DNA of 64,000 bases from a virus: the IMG/VR virus record IMGVR_UViG_3300042691_018174. One strand, written 5' to 3'. The notes under the pieces were generated by a model. It had not been told where the DNA came from. It worked only from the letters and a program-made list of their open reading frames with translations, and made no database searches. Position 1 is the first letter of the stretch. Every line of letters begins with the position of its first letter. Shown here in pieces: positions 11,701 to 20,548 of this stretch. The position numbers and the translations under genes were made by a program.

Positions 11701-12108
11701 ATTTGTTCCAGCAGCATCAATTACATTCTCAGTGGTGCTCACTGAAGTAACTTTAAGTAAACCAACTGATGTTTGAGTTCTTTTAGGACTATAACTGATC
11801 AGTTTTGCTAATTTTAAAATACTGTCTCGACGTTCAGCAGTATCGATAAAATTTTCTCTAGCATTTAGATCAACTCTAAAGCTAAGACTTTGCGCTAAGA
11901 ATGCAACAAGATCAATTAGTGCAATGTATTCGCTGCTATCAATATAGTCATTAAAATTTTCTGGATAATTTTGTCGAAGATACTCGACCATGCTTCTCTT
12001 GATAGTTTCAAAATCATAGGATTTGAAATCAGCATTTTGAAAAGTTTGATATATCTTTTTCCAATCTTCCCCAATTAAAAGGGCATTTTGTCGTTCAGTG
12101 CTAGCCAT
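8701..12108 (-). CDS. Baseplate wedge subunit, T4 gp6-like (1135 aa)
   Basis: DFETIKRSMVEYL...F.DY..SS...ALIDLVA...ENFIDTAERRDSILKLAKLISY N-terminus, FSDGVFGRVP and QNRMITGEDY are gp6/baseplate-J motifs; adjacent to a gp25-like gene. Confidence 0.88.
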   Translation of the reverse strand: MASTERQNALLIGEDWKKIYQTFQNADFKSYDFETIKRSMVEYLRQNYPENFNDYIDSSEYIALIDLVAFLAQSLSFRVDLNARENFIDTAERRDSILKLAKLISYSPKRTQTSVGLLKVTSVSTTENVIDAAGTNLSNKIISWNDGTNQDWYQQFTLVMNSAMSTAIFGKPNSRRTINGILTEQYNLGSVTSDVPIFSFTKNVAGFPMSFEIVSSNIIDTDTISETSPKLGGEFGVIYKNDNKGSASKNSGWFLQFKEGALSSADFTVNNAVSNEIIGIDVENINETDVWLYQLNVDNTLGTLWTKLDSVSGNNAIYTNLKNKIKTFYSVSSRENDQIDLHFSDGVFGRVPNGDFRIYYRTSNGLSYSISPQEMSDVQVRIPYISKNGQINTVSMTLSLQASVNSSASSESNSSIRENAPQVYYTQNRMITGEDYNILPLSFSQDIIKIKSVNRISSGISRYFEINDPTGRSSSVDLYADDGALYFNSYTNSFIFTFDTKNEVFGLVKTKIEPLISTEAMRDFYYRNFERIAIGNLGVAWYNISSEPNQSTGYFKSNTTQSAVPVGQFTQSALRYVKAEALIKFVPPTGKYFSPSNLITNTKTKNTKDYIWTKIIYQSGDGSNLGTGTDETGIGLIGITNQVPTGAVPSQIIPLFVTDIPFSFESEIANQLFLRRDFGIRYDRDVAEWKIINLSNLDLTSEFSLTYSGDISNLGLDASWLVSFQTDGDNYIVRYRGLDYIFQSERKINFYFNDEDKRYNKKLGGTSKDNIVILSINDKVSDGTPLGQSYQFEITGMFSNLDGYKDNNRIKISFSDKTGDGIVDDPDSFDNVTEPTTIDPDSNTIRSFVFLESLQLEGTVVKNIFDNSQILTFENELDLQDLNSYDIGQLFYFYSPTENIVKRLDDSRSLVVVNSIEAFPGRDSLAFQYKHQASQDYRIDPAKSNIIDVYLLTKTYDDSVRTWVLNQEGDPPPAPTSLELFETYGSKLSSVKSISDEVVFHTAKYKLLFGNGAEQDLQAQFYIVKNPSSITNDNDIKVRVIESMNEFFSLQNWDFGDTFNFGELSAYVIKELSPDVVNFLIVPTSPEKYFGSLFQVFCQPDEIFLSTASVENLEIINTVTSGLLKTNGPIVVSSN

Positions 12109-12129
12109 TATAAATTATCCTTGATACAA

Positions 12130-12136
12130 TATTTAT
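12130..12136 (-). promoter_or_regulatory. T4-type late promoter (ATAAATA) for gp6-like and giant wedge genes
   Basis: Matches the T4 late box TATAAATA at 7/8 positions, intergenic, about 22 nt upstream of the ATG, followed by AAGGA SD. Confidence 0.6.
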
Positions 12137-12157
12137 TGTAAAAAATTATCTGTGTAC

Positions 12158-12592
12158 TTAACTGCTTATCAATCCTAACTCTCTATCAAACTGCAATTTA
12201 ATAACACCTGTTAAGTCATTAGTACGATATCTAACTGTTATTTCCAGTAAAATTCCTGATGCATACTCATCTACTTTTACATCTTGTACAATTATCCTGG
12301 GTTCGTTTGACAAAATTCCTTTTATATCATCAACTATCGCTTCTTTGGTAAGTTCGTTAAGTGGTTCAAAGATTGAATCCCAAATAATTGTTCCGAAAGT
12401 TGGATTCATTACCCTTTCTCCTTTTCTCGTATTAAATTGATTCAATACGTCCTCTCGAATACAATCAATGTCGTAGATTTTAAAGTTAGATTTTTTTTGC
12501 TTACTGCTAAATCCCTTGTAGACATATGTTGGATAGGGTCTATAAGAATTCAGTTGTGTATTTGGTTTAATACTTAATTTTTTAATTGCCAT
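12158..12592 (-). CDS. Baseplate wedge subunit, gp25/GPW-like (144 aa)
   Basis: TRKGERVMNPTFGTIIWDSIFEP...I...EPRI is the gp25/GPW signature. Confidence 0.92.
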   Translation of the reverse strand: MAIKKLSIKPNTQLNSYRPYPTYVYKGFSSKQKKSNFKIYDIDCIREDVLNQFNTRKGERVMNPTFGTIIWDSIFEPLNELTKEAIVDDIKGILSNEPRIIVQDVKVDEYASGILLEITVRYRTNDLTGVIKLQFDRELGLISS

Positions 12593-14355
12593 TATCCGCC
12601 CCTATCTGTTTTTTCTGGTTTAAATTCCTCAGGAGCTATATTTTCATGATGATCCCAAGGTTCATGTGTTGGCACACGTTTCATAATACTTCTAATATCG
12701 GGCTGTCTATAATAATTGTTATTCTCCCAGCCTTTTTGCATATCTGCAGTAGCATTTTTGTCAGCTTCTCTATAAGGTAATACAAACGTATCTAGAACAG
12801 AAACATTAGTTGCTGCTTCAGGTAACAGTTGCAATAAATCCAACGCTGCTGCAATATTTGTTGCAGCAGTTACCGGTTGAGGTGCAGGAGTTGGGCCGTT
12901 CATATCAATGAATACTGCTCGTTCTATATGTGTTCCTGTTGTGTCAAACACATTAGCCACTCCAGATTTAATGAAATTAGATCCGATAGTATTAACACTA
13001 AAGGATCCTGCAGTAGAGAATGATGTAGATGTTCCAACAATAGCGTTTAATCCTAATGTACTTTTTAAATCTATGTTAGTTAAAGTCTGCATTTTAATTC
13101 CTCTAGTAGTATAGAGGTTAAAATTACCAGTTGTGGAATACAAGTCTATACCAGAATTTAAAGGATCTAAAGGATTGGTCAATGTTGTCATTCTAATCCT
13201 GCCTAATACACTGACGTTAAAGTGACTTTTTGCTGTCCAATTTACGTCTAGTCCTGCAAACCCTTCTATTAAAGAACCTGCTTCTAAGTGCATAGCTCCT
13301 CGAGCAGCCACTATATTAACATTGTTGCCTGCTTCCATGTTAATATCACGATCAGCTCTAAAATTAAAATCCTCTTCACTGTGTATGCTTACGCTATCAG
13401 CAGCAAAAATATCAATTTTTCCGTCGCTGGTAAATTCCAACCAAGCAGTTCCTCGACTATTACATATATAGATTAAATCACTACTGTTGTGTAAAAGAAT
13501 TTGATGTCCAGTTCTGGTACGAATTCTAACTAACTCATCTAAAATTCCTTCGGCACCAGTTCTTTCATCTTTACCAATGTAACCATCGTCCATAACAAAT
13601 TGTGTTCCACCATGTCTTTCTGCAGGAACTTCAAAAGTATTATTTTTTGGACCTACTTTTGCTTTTTTGGAATTCTTGCCTGTTACAGGAGGTCCTGGTG
13701 TTGATATTCCAAATACAGAACTTGGCACATTTCTTCTAGCTCCACTAGTTGTTACTCCCCTAATAGGATCTTTTAACAACCCTTGTGAAGCAAGTCTTAG
13801 GGTAAAAGGATGTAGTGGTTTTTTAATTTTGTCAATATCATCTTTAGTTTGCCCTTTTAATTTTCTATTAACTTCTGCAACAGGAACAAAATCTGTTCCT
13901 AATTTATTTTTTTCTTGGGGAGTTAATTCAACATTTCTGCTGGCAGCAATTCCTGGAACCATGTGATTAATTCCTGGTTCTGGAACACAAGCAAACCAAT
14001 AACCTGAACTTCTGTTTCCTTCCACAAACATTATTAGTACACGAGATCCAACGTCTGGTGGAACAAACCACATCCCATAACTGCTCTGTGTACTACTAGA
14101 CAATCTATTATTTGGATCTGTAGCAGTATAAGGCGTATTTCCAAAAAATGCAGGTGCGTAATCGACTGGAATCTTTGCAGAATCAGACAATTCAGTGTTT
14201 GCACCACCGGTGCGCACTAACACTACTTCTAAACGACCCATTTTTTGATTGTCTAGATGATTAACTATAATACCGATATATGGACCGTTACTATACTCTG
14301 CAAATTCTTTCTGCTTTTTACTTGATGACCCATAATCATTAATTCTTGTATTCAT
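12592..14355 (-). CDS. Baseplate central spike, gp5/VgrG-like (OB fold plus beta-helix, no lysozyme domain)
   Basis: GIIVNHLD...GRLEV, YGMWFVPPDVGSRVLIMFVEG (gp5 OB fold), RTRTGHQILLHNS, short beta-repeat region, His-rich C-terminus VPTHEPWDHHE. Confidence 0.82.
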   Translation of the reverse strand: MNTRINDYGSSSKKQKEFAEYSNGPYIGIIVNHLDNQKMGRLEVVLVRTGGANTELSDSAKIPVDYAPAFFGNTPYTATDPNNRLSSSTQSSYGMWFVPPDVGSRVLIMFVEGNRSSGYWFACVPEPGINHMVPGIAASRNVELTPQEKNKLGTDFVPVAEVNRKLKGQTKDDIDKIKKPLHPFTLRLASQGLLKDPIRGVTTSGARRNVPSSVFGISTPGPPVTGKNSKKAKVGPKNNTFEVPAERHGGTQFVMDDGYIGKDERTGAEGILDELVRIRTRTGHQILLHNSSDLIYICNSRGTAWLEFTSDGKIDIFAADSVSIHSEEDFNFRADRDINMEAGNNVNIVAARGAMHLEAGSLIEGFAGLDVNWTAKSHFNVSVLGRIRMTTLTNPLDPLNSGIDLYSTTGNFNLYTTRGIKMQTLTNIDLKSTLGLNAIVGTSTSFSTAGSFSVNTIGSNFIKSGVANVFDTTGTHIERAVFIDMNGPTPAPQPVTAATNIAAALDLLQLLPEAATNVSVLDTFVLPYREADKNATADMQKGWENNNYYRQPDIRSIMKRVPTHEPWDHHENIAPEEFKPEKTDRGG

Positions 14356-14358
14356 TGT

Positions 14359-15480
14359 TTAACTTAAATTTGGTTTACATAACAAATCGTCTAATGGACT
14401 AGACCTAGGAATATATCCTGCTCTACTTATATCTTTATTATTCAAAGCAGTCACAGTTGAAGATAACGAATTTCCTGCGGATATTAATCTATCTTGAACT
14501 TGTCTTGTTGCTGAATTAGTTGGCGATAACTGATTAGGATAATTACTTTCAACCAAATTCTCATTTAATTCTGTAGGGATGATACCCGAAGTATAAAGAT
14601 CATATGGATTGTAAGAACCTAATAAATTTTGAACCTGCTGATCCGAAAGTGCCAGATTTGGTCTTTCACCTGGGCCAAAATCAACAGGGATTACTGGAAC
14701 ATCAACATTGATCCTACTCGTAAATCCGCCTGGCGCAGTTATTACACTTGGTTCTACTTGTGCTACTACTGGATCTCTATCTAAATAGACCAGTGGGGGT
14801 CTTCCTGAATAAAATCCTGGAGTACACCCTGGTATAAACGGAATGAATGGTAATAATATTGGTGGTGGAAACTTATATTGTAACCACTCCCTCAACTTTT
14901 TCAAATAATCAGCAAGTGGATTAAAAATAATTATATTCAATCCTAGATTCTTATTAATTAGATCTCTTAATTTTTCTAAAGCCTCTTTCATCGCTGGTGG
15001 CATTTTAATCCAACCTTGTCTTATTAATTTTGCAATGATTGATGCTGCAATTAGAGGATTTTCTAATAAACATTTAAAAAGATTAGTTATACTAGTAACT
15101 GCTGCATTGATATAATTTTTTACTTGTTGAATTTTTCCTTTTAACACTTGAACTAAAAAATTAACTCCGGCGGCGGCTCCGAATAAAGTTCCCAAAGTAA
15201 CTCCTGGATCAATTGTTACAGTTCTAAATTGATCAGGAGGCTCAGGTCCTGTTTGACTTAGCCCAAAAATTCCTAATATTCCTGTTATGATCGCAGAGAC
15301 TTGTGCTAGTTGAGGAATTGCTGATAACGATCCGTTAATATTAAGACCAAAATTACCATCAGCATTAATAGAAAAATTAATAAAATTTCCAGTAGTATTA
15401 CGCTGTAAAGCAATGTTATAAGGAATCGATCTAGGATCAGTGTTAATAACTAGATATTTTCCTGCGTATATATTAGACAT
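14359..15480 (-). CDS. Hypothetical protein with hydrophobic/amphipathic helices (373 aa)
   Basis: Long ORF tightly packed in the operon (1-nt and 3-nt gaps); no motif recognised. Confidence 0.75.
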   Translation of the reverse strand: MSNIYAGKYLVINTDPRSIPYNIALQRNTTGNFINFSINADGNFGLNINGSLSAIPQLAQVSAIITGILGIFGLSQTGPEPPDQFRTVTIDPGVTLGTLFGAAAGVNFLVQVLKGKIQQVKNYINAAVTSITNLFKCLLENPLIAASIIAKLIRQGWIKMPPAMKEALEKLRDLINKNLGLNIIIFNPLADYLKKLREWLQYKFPPPILLPFIPFIPGCTPGFYSGRPPLVYLDRDPVVAQVEPSVITAPGGFTSRINVDVPVIPVDFGPGERPNLALSDQQVQNLLGSYNPYDLYTSGIIPTELNENLVESNYPNQLSPTNSATRQVQDRLISAGNSLSSTVTALNNKDISRAGYIPRSSPLDDLLCKPNLS

Positions 15481-15481
15481 A

Positions 15482-17491
15482 TTATTTTCCTATACCGTTT
15501 TTTAATTCTTCAATATTTTTACTAAGTCTCTTCATATCTGTTCTTGTTAATCGATAACCAGACAACTTTTGTCGGAATGTTCCATCCATAAAATAACTTT
15601 CAACGTGAGTAACTATAAAATATCCACTCCATGTAGCAAGTAATCTTTGTTGAGTAGAATCTCCGACAGCTAAAAATCCATCTGCATTAAAATCTTTAGG
15701 ACCGTATGCTAAAACTCTAACACAAGGATCTATGGTTCTAAATGCGATGCCCCCATCATTAGTGAACAATGCACTTTTTGCAGGATCTACAAAAGAAATA
15801 TTATCAATAAACTGTGTTCCTAACCACATAGGATCCCCTAATATTTCCATTTCAAATGTTGAATTTTCAAACGGACTATTAATGGCTGAAAAAATATCTC
15901 GAGCCATATTAAATGCTGGATTTGTTTCAGTCGAAGATCTAACACCAACATCCGAGGACTGTGCAGTGCTTTCTCTTGTTTGATTTCCTGAATTAGTTTC
16001 TGCGTCTGAAGGACCAGAATCAACATTAGAAAATTTAGGAACAACAACACCTTCGCCAGTCACTGCTGATTCTTGTCCAGGAATTCCTGGCGAAGATCCA
16101 AAATTTCTAGAAAGTATCCTAGTTAACAAGTAATCTAAATTTAGTCTAAAATTTAATATGTCTTTATTTTTACCAGTATAACTCCAATCATATCTTCTTA
16201 CAGTGAAAGGCTCGTAGTCTGAAACTTCTGCCTTTGTATCAGGGAAAAATATACTAGCAAGTTTTTGCCAAGGCACTTTTCTAGGAACTATTTGGTAAAT
16301 TACCCTAAATGCTGGCATGTTTTTACCGTTATCAAATTCTAAAACTTCAACTTTAGGTATTACTCTCCACCATTCAACCATTCCTTTGTCGTCATATCCT
16401 GAACGCCAATTGTTTAAAATATTGCTGACCACATACATACTATCCACTATAATATCATCAATTACTTTAGAAATTCCTTTTTTACCGTTAACTGTAAAAG
16501 TTAACTGCCTATTTTCAGCAGGGGCAACTCTTTCATTTAATGATCCAAAAAGATATTTGTTATTAGTACCTTTGGGTATTTCGTATCCTCTATGACCCGC
16601 GTCTGTATCAGGATTATACATTTCAGATGTTGAAATTTTTTCAACGACACCGCCCTTATCTCCAAAATCAAAAAATTCTATTTTGTATTCATTTGGTATA
16701 AATTTTGACTCAGCAGCTTGAGTTTTTATTATTGCGTTTATTTTAGTTTCTAAATCTTTGAACATTTCACCTACAGTTTTGCCTGTGATATTGATATCTT
16801 GGGGAATTTCATTTACATCATTATATCTTCCCATGTCATTTAAAGGCGCACCTTTAATTTGATATACTGTTCCTTCTTTAGAAAGGTCGGCTTTAATTTC
16901 AGAAATAATTATAGGGTAATGTCTAGTAGAAAAAGGAATTACTTCAGGTTCTTCTTTGTCATCTCTATAACCAACAAACTCTAATTTAATAACAAATGCA
17001 CTACCTTTTCCCACAGCTTCGTAACCTTTAACCTTCAATCCTCGATATATTGATGTTAAAAATGTTTCAATTCCATATGGTTCTAAAATTTTTAATCTAA
17101 ATTCTGTTCCTATGTCTCTATTTTTAGTTACAGCATTTTTAATGTAAAATTCTTGTAGGAAGAAATCATAATCTAATTCTGAAACAGACTGTATGATGTT
17201 GGATATTGTTCCAAGAGTACTGCTGCCCCCTTTAGGTTTAGACCTTCCAAAATCAGCTAATGGTTTACCGTGACTTTGAAAAACAATATAATCTAATCCT
17301 TTTGTTCTATATGTTCCATTTTTAAATTCATCTTTAGATACGATTCCAAGAGTTACAACATAATTAAATGTCCTATAATTATGTAAGACATTTTCTTCTG
17401 GGAAGCTAGATCCCGTACTAGTTAAAAAATCTACGAATGCTTTAGTGACTTGAGATTTAAAACTATCTGTATTTCTAAAAACAACTGTCAT
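15482..17491 (-). CDS. Baseplate hub-like tail protein (gp27/gpD position, 669 aa)
   Basis: Lies between gp53-like and gp5-like genes; MEILGDPMWL and GYFIVTHVESYFMDGTFRQKL resemble hub protein C-termini. Confidence 0.6.
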   Translation of the reverse strand: MTVVFRNTDSFKSQVTKAFVDFLTSTGSSFPEENVLHNYRTFNYVVTLGIVSKDEFKNGTYRTKGLDYIVFQSHGKPLADFGRSKPKGGSSTLGTISNIIQSVSELDYDFFLQEFYIKNAVTKNRDIGTEFRLKILEPYGIETFLTSIYRGLKVKGYEAVGKGSAFVIKLEFVGYRDDKEEPEVIPFSTRHYPIIISEIKADLSKEGTVYQIKGAPLNDMGRYNDVNEIPQDINITGKTVGEMFKDLETKINAIIKTQAAESKFIPNEYKIEFFDFGDKGGVVEKISTSEMYNPDTDAGHRGYEIPKGTNNKYLFGSLNERVAPAENRQLTFTVNGKKGISKVIDDIIVDSMYVVSNILNNWRSGYDDKGMVEWWRVIPKVEVLEFDNGKNMPAFRVIYQIVPRKVPWQKLASIFFPDTKAEVSDYEPFTVRRYDWSYTGKNKDILNFRLNLDYLLTRILSRNFGSSPGIPGQESAVTGEGVVVPKFSNVDSGPSDAETNSGNQTRESTAQSSDVGVRSSTETNPAFNMARDIFSAINSPFENSTFEMEILGDPMWLGTQFIDNISFVDPAKSALFTNDGGIAFRTIDPCVRVLAYGPKDFNADGFLAVGDSTQQRLLATWSGYFIVTHVESYFMDGTFRQKLSGYRLTRTDMKRLSKNIEELKNGIGK

Positions 17492-17796
17492 CTGGAGGTT
17501 CCTAAACTATTAAGCAATGATGCTTTTTGTGGTATATAAATTTTGACTCCGGAAACTAAATCATATATAGGATCTTTTAGTACTGATGGATTCCTAGCTG
17601 CAAATACCCACCATAATCTAGCATCACCATATGCTTCATGCGCCAAAAGATCTGGTCTAAATTCAAACTGTGAAGGTAACTCAACTAAAACATCATCATT
17701 TAATACTGGAACATCTCTGGGAACCCATATATCTAAGTATGTTCCAGTTTGAGGTGTGTCTTTATATGGTGAGTATATATTATAATCAACTATCAT
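17488..17796 (-). CDS. Baseplate wedge protein, gp53-like (LysM-type)
   Basis: RPDLLAHEAYGDARLWWVFAARNP...DPIYDL..G.KIYIP is the gp53/tail-X LysM pattern. Confidence 0.88.
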   Translation of the reverse strand: MIVDYNIYSPYKDTPQTGTYLDIWVPRDVPVLNDDVLVELPSQFEFRPDLLAHEAYGDARLWWVFAARNPSVLKDPIYDLVSGVKIYIPQKASLLNSLGTSR

Positions 17797-18566
17797 ACGT
17801 AACCTACAATTTTATTGGTTCCTTCAACGAACCCAGTAACACTAAAATTACTCATTTCTCTTCTGCTGTACACTGGGATTAAATCAACGCTAATTGTGCT
17901 TAATACAGGAACCTTAATTTCATAATTATCCATATTGACCGTAGTCATATAATCAACGTCGTTAGGTAAATCTATAGAAAAACTTCCTATTACAACCGGA
18001 ACATTATGATATACATCTGGCCCATATGCAAAAAATCTGCAAACTGGAGGCGGGGCTCCTGGCAAAATGTCATTTCCTGTTCTCATTTTTGTTAAAGATC
18101 TTAAAGCATGTATCGTTGCTAGCCAATTTGCACCTTCAAATATAGTTTGAACTGGAAATTGTCCTGTAACTGAAATTTGTCCAACATCGCTGTTGTTGTA
18201 GGAGTAAACGGCATAATTAGTATGCTGCACATTAGCTGCTTGCCAGTTGGCTTTATAATTCTGTTTAATTGATGGAGTGACTGGAAAATAAATTCCGCCA
18301 AACCCTTTAGTTTGATCATCTGAAAGGAGACGCAACTTCGATATTCCTGAAATATACTGCTTGGGTATTTTAATATACACTCGATTTTTAATGGAGTTCT
18401 CTGTTCCTAACGAAGTAAACCCAACATTAATTGGGCCAGCAGTTGGTCTTCCATCTGCGGCTCGCTGTATCAGTGCTGATCCATTTGAAACGTTTGCCCA
18501 TCCAAAAGTATCTTGGAATGTAGAAACTGCAGAGTAGTTAAAGTATTGTGAAACATCTATTGTCAT
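17793..18566 (-). CDS. Tail tube initiator / tube-baseplate junction protein (gp48/gp54-like, 257 aa)
   Basis: IYFPVTPSI, GAPPPVCRFFAYG, NVPVVIGSFSIDLPNDVDY. Start moved from 18611 to ATG 18566, which has a GGGAGA SD and lies downstream of the late promoter. Confidence 0.65.
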   Translation of the reverse strand: MTIDVSQYFNYSAVSTFQDTFGWANVSNGSALIQRAADGRPTAGPINVGFTSLGTENSIKNRVYIKIPKQYISGISKLRLLSDDQTKGFGGIYFPVTPSIKQNYKANWQAANVQHTNYAVYSYNNSDVGQISVTGQFPVQTIFEGANWLATIHALRSLTKMRTGNDILPGAPPPVCRFFAYGPDVYHNVPVVIGSFSIDLPNDVDYMTTVNMDNYEIKVPVLSTISVDLIPVYSRREMSNFSVTGFVEGTNKIVGYV

Positions 18567-18585
18567 TTTGGTTATCTCCCAACAA

Positions 18586-18592
18586 TATTTAT
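18586..18592 (-). promoter_or_regulatory. T4-type late promoter (ATAAATA) for the baseplate operon
   Basis: Motif 20 nt upstream of ATG 18566, abutting the sigma70 -35 box on the other strand. Confidence 0.65.
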
Positions 18593-18621
18593 TTGACAAA
18601 ATAATGTGCATATATTATAAT
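18593..18621 (+). promoter_or_regulatory. Consensus sigma70 promoter (TTGACA-17-TATAAT) for the sigma/gp47/gp46 operon
   Basis: TTGACA 18593-18598, 17-nt spacer, TATAAT 18616-18621, AGGAG at 18631, ATG at 18648. Confidence 0.9.
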
Positions 18622-18647
18622 ACAACGTATAGGAGTCTATAATAACA

Positions 18648-19526
18648 ATGACAATCAACTCTAAGAAAAAATACCTAAATAATAAGGATTTATTACTACA
18701 AATCCATAAAAGCAAGAATACATACGGAGCATTTCTAGATCCAAAATACGAAGATTATGATCTAATATTAGCATCCCTAGACAAAATCAACGTTAGAAGT
18801 GTAGCAGAAGCCAAGAGAAACCGAGCCAAACGACTAGGTCAACAACTTTATCAAGAAAAAAAGGCAGCAGGTATCAAAGATACCAAGCTAGCCGACTGTA
18901 TTTTAGATTATCGAAAAGTTCCAAAACAAGATTTAGTGTTTAGAATTATGACTCACGAGCATGTGCCATTAGCTCCTGGTAGGAAAAAGACTGTAAAAAA
19001 TGTAGGTGATGCGCATGAACGCTGTAATTTTCCCCCTTACCAACATTGGGCATTCGATAAAAATGATCAATTAATCTGTGTAGGCAAAAGTCATTGGGCA
19101 GGTACTATTAAAAGTGGCCACTTTAATAAGGAACATGGAAGAATCACAGAAGAACTAGGGAAAATGTTCCTAATGTTAGCAGAAAGATATGCACAACGAA
19201 GCAATTGGCGAGGTTATACATATGTAGATGAAATGAAAGGGCAGGCTATACTGCAACTTAGTCAAATAGGTCTACAATTTGATGAAAGCAAATCAGAAAA
19301 TCCGTTCGCATATTATACCGCAGCAGTGACTAATAGTTTTACTAGAGTATTAAACATAGAAAAAAGAAATCAAAACATTCGCGACGATATGCTGGAAGAA
19401 AACGGGTTAACTCCTAGCTTTACAAGACAAAATCAACATGAGTACGCTGAGGAAACTGCTAGACAAGCAGAATTATACAAAATGGCACGTATGCCTAAGA
19501 GCGAAGAATCCGATGAGGAAGAATGA
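18648..19526 (+). CDS. Late transcription sigma factor, T4 gp55-like (292 aa)
   Basis: YLNNKDLL, LGKMFLMLAERYAQRSNWRGYTYVDEM and FDESKSENPFAYYT...NSF align to T4 gp55 (YVNNKELL...NFSGYT...FDETKYKNPHAYIT); it precedes gp47/gp46 as in other T4-like phages. Confidence 0.88.
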   Translation: MTINSKKKYLNNKDLLLQIHKSKNTYGAFLDPKYEDYDLILASLDKINVRSVAEAKRNRAKRLGQQLYQEKKAAGIKDTKLADCILDYRKVPKQDLVFRIMTHEHVPLAPGRKKTVKNVGDAHERCNFPPYQHWAFDKNDQLICVGKSHWAGTIKSGHFNKEHGRITEELGKMFLMLAERYAQRSNWRGYTYVDEMKGQAILQLSQIGLQFDESKSENPFAYYTAAVTNSFTRVLNIEKRNQNIRDDMLEENGLTPSFTRQNQHEYAEETARQAELYKMARMPKSEESDEEE

Positions 19527-20548
19527 TGTCAAATCTTTTTAAGAAAGTAGCGTGTTTTACTGATATTCACTTTGGATTAAAATCTAATAGCAGAACTCAT
19601 AACGAAGATTGTATCGATTTTGTTGAGTGGTTTATTAAAACTGCCAAAGAAGAAGGGTGTGAGACTGCAATATTCCTGGGAGATTGGCACCATAATAGAA
19701 GTACTACTGATGTTAGCACTATGAATTATACTGTGAGAGCGTTAGAAAAACTCAACGATGCGTTTGACGTAGTACATGTCATTACTGGAAATCACGATCA
19801 ATATTATAAAGACAAAAGAGACTTGCACAGTTTAGAATACGGAAGACTTTTTTCAAATATTAATATGGTCAACCATGTTTTCACAGAAGGCGGAGTTACT
19901 ATTTTGCCTTGGCTTGTTAGTGACGAGTGGAAACAGATAGAAAAAATAGACAGTCGATATATTTTTGGACATTTTGAACTCCCATTATTCTATATGAATG
20001 CAATGGTTCAGATGCCTGACCACGGCGAATTACAAACCCACCATTTTAAAAATCAAGAATTTGTTTTCAGTGGTCATTTCCATAAACGGCAATGTAAGGA
20101 CAAAATACATTATATTGGTAACTCTTTCCCTCACAATTATGCTGATGCTTGGGATGATGAGCGGGGTATGATGATACTTGAATGGGGCAAACAACCCAAA
20201 TATATTAACTGGCTTGACTGTCCTAAGTACAGGACTGTAAAATTAAGTAGGTTAATTGACGAACAAGCGGATATTATCAAAGATAAAATGTATCTACGTG
20301 TGACTTTAGACATAGATATCACATTTGAAGAGGCCAATTTCATCAAAGAAACATTTATGAGACAACATAATATTCGAGAACTTAGCCTTATAACAGAAAA
20401 AGAAGTATTTGATGTAGGACACGATGATTTATCTGATGTTCAATTTGAAAGTGTAGATCAAATTGTATCAGAACAAATCCTTGCATTGGAGTCCGGAACA
20501 TACAATACCAACAGACTTTTGGAAATTTATAATAACCTTCATGTTTAA
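19523..20548 (+). CDS. Recombination endonuclease, gp47/Mre11/SbcD-like
   Basis: Metallophosphoesterase motifs DIHFG, GDWHH, GNHD, GHF, SGHFH. Confidence 0.95.
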   Translation: MMSNLFKKVACFTDIHFGLKSNSRTHNEDCIDFVEWFIKTAKEEGCETAIFLGDWHHNRSTTDVSTMNYTVRALEKLNDAFDVVHVITGNHDQYYKDKRDLHSLEYGRLFSNINMVNHVFTEGGVTILPWLVSDEWKQIEKIDSRYIFGHFELPLFYMNAMVQMPDHGELQTHHFKNQEFVFSGHFHKRQCKDKIHYIGNSFPHNYADAWDDERGMMILEWGKQPKYINWLDCPKYRTVKLSRLIDEQADIIKDKMYLRVTLDIDITFEEANFIKETFMRQHNIRELSLITEKEVFDVGHDDLSDVQFESVDQIVSEQILALESGTYNTNRLLEIYNNLHV

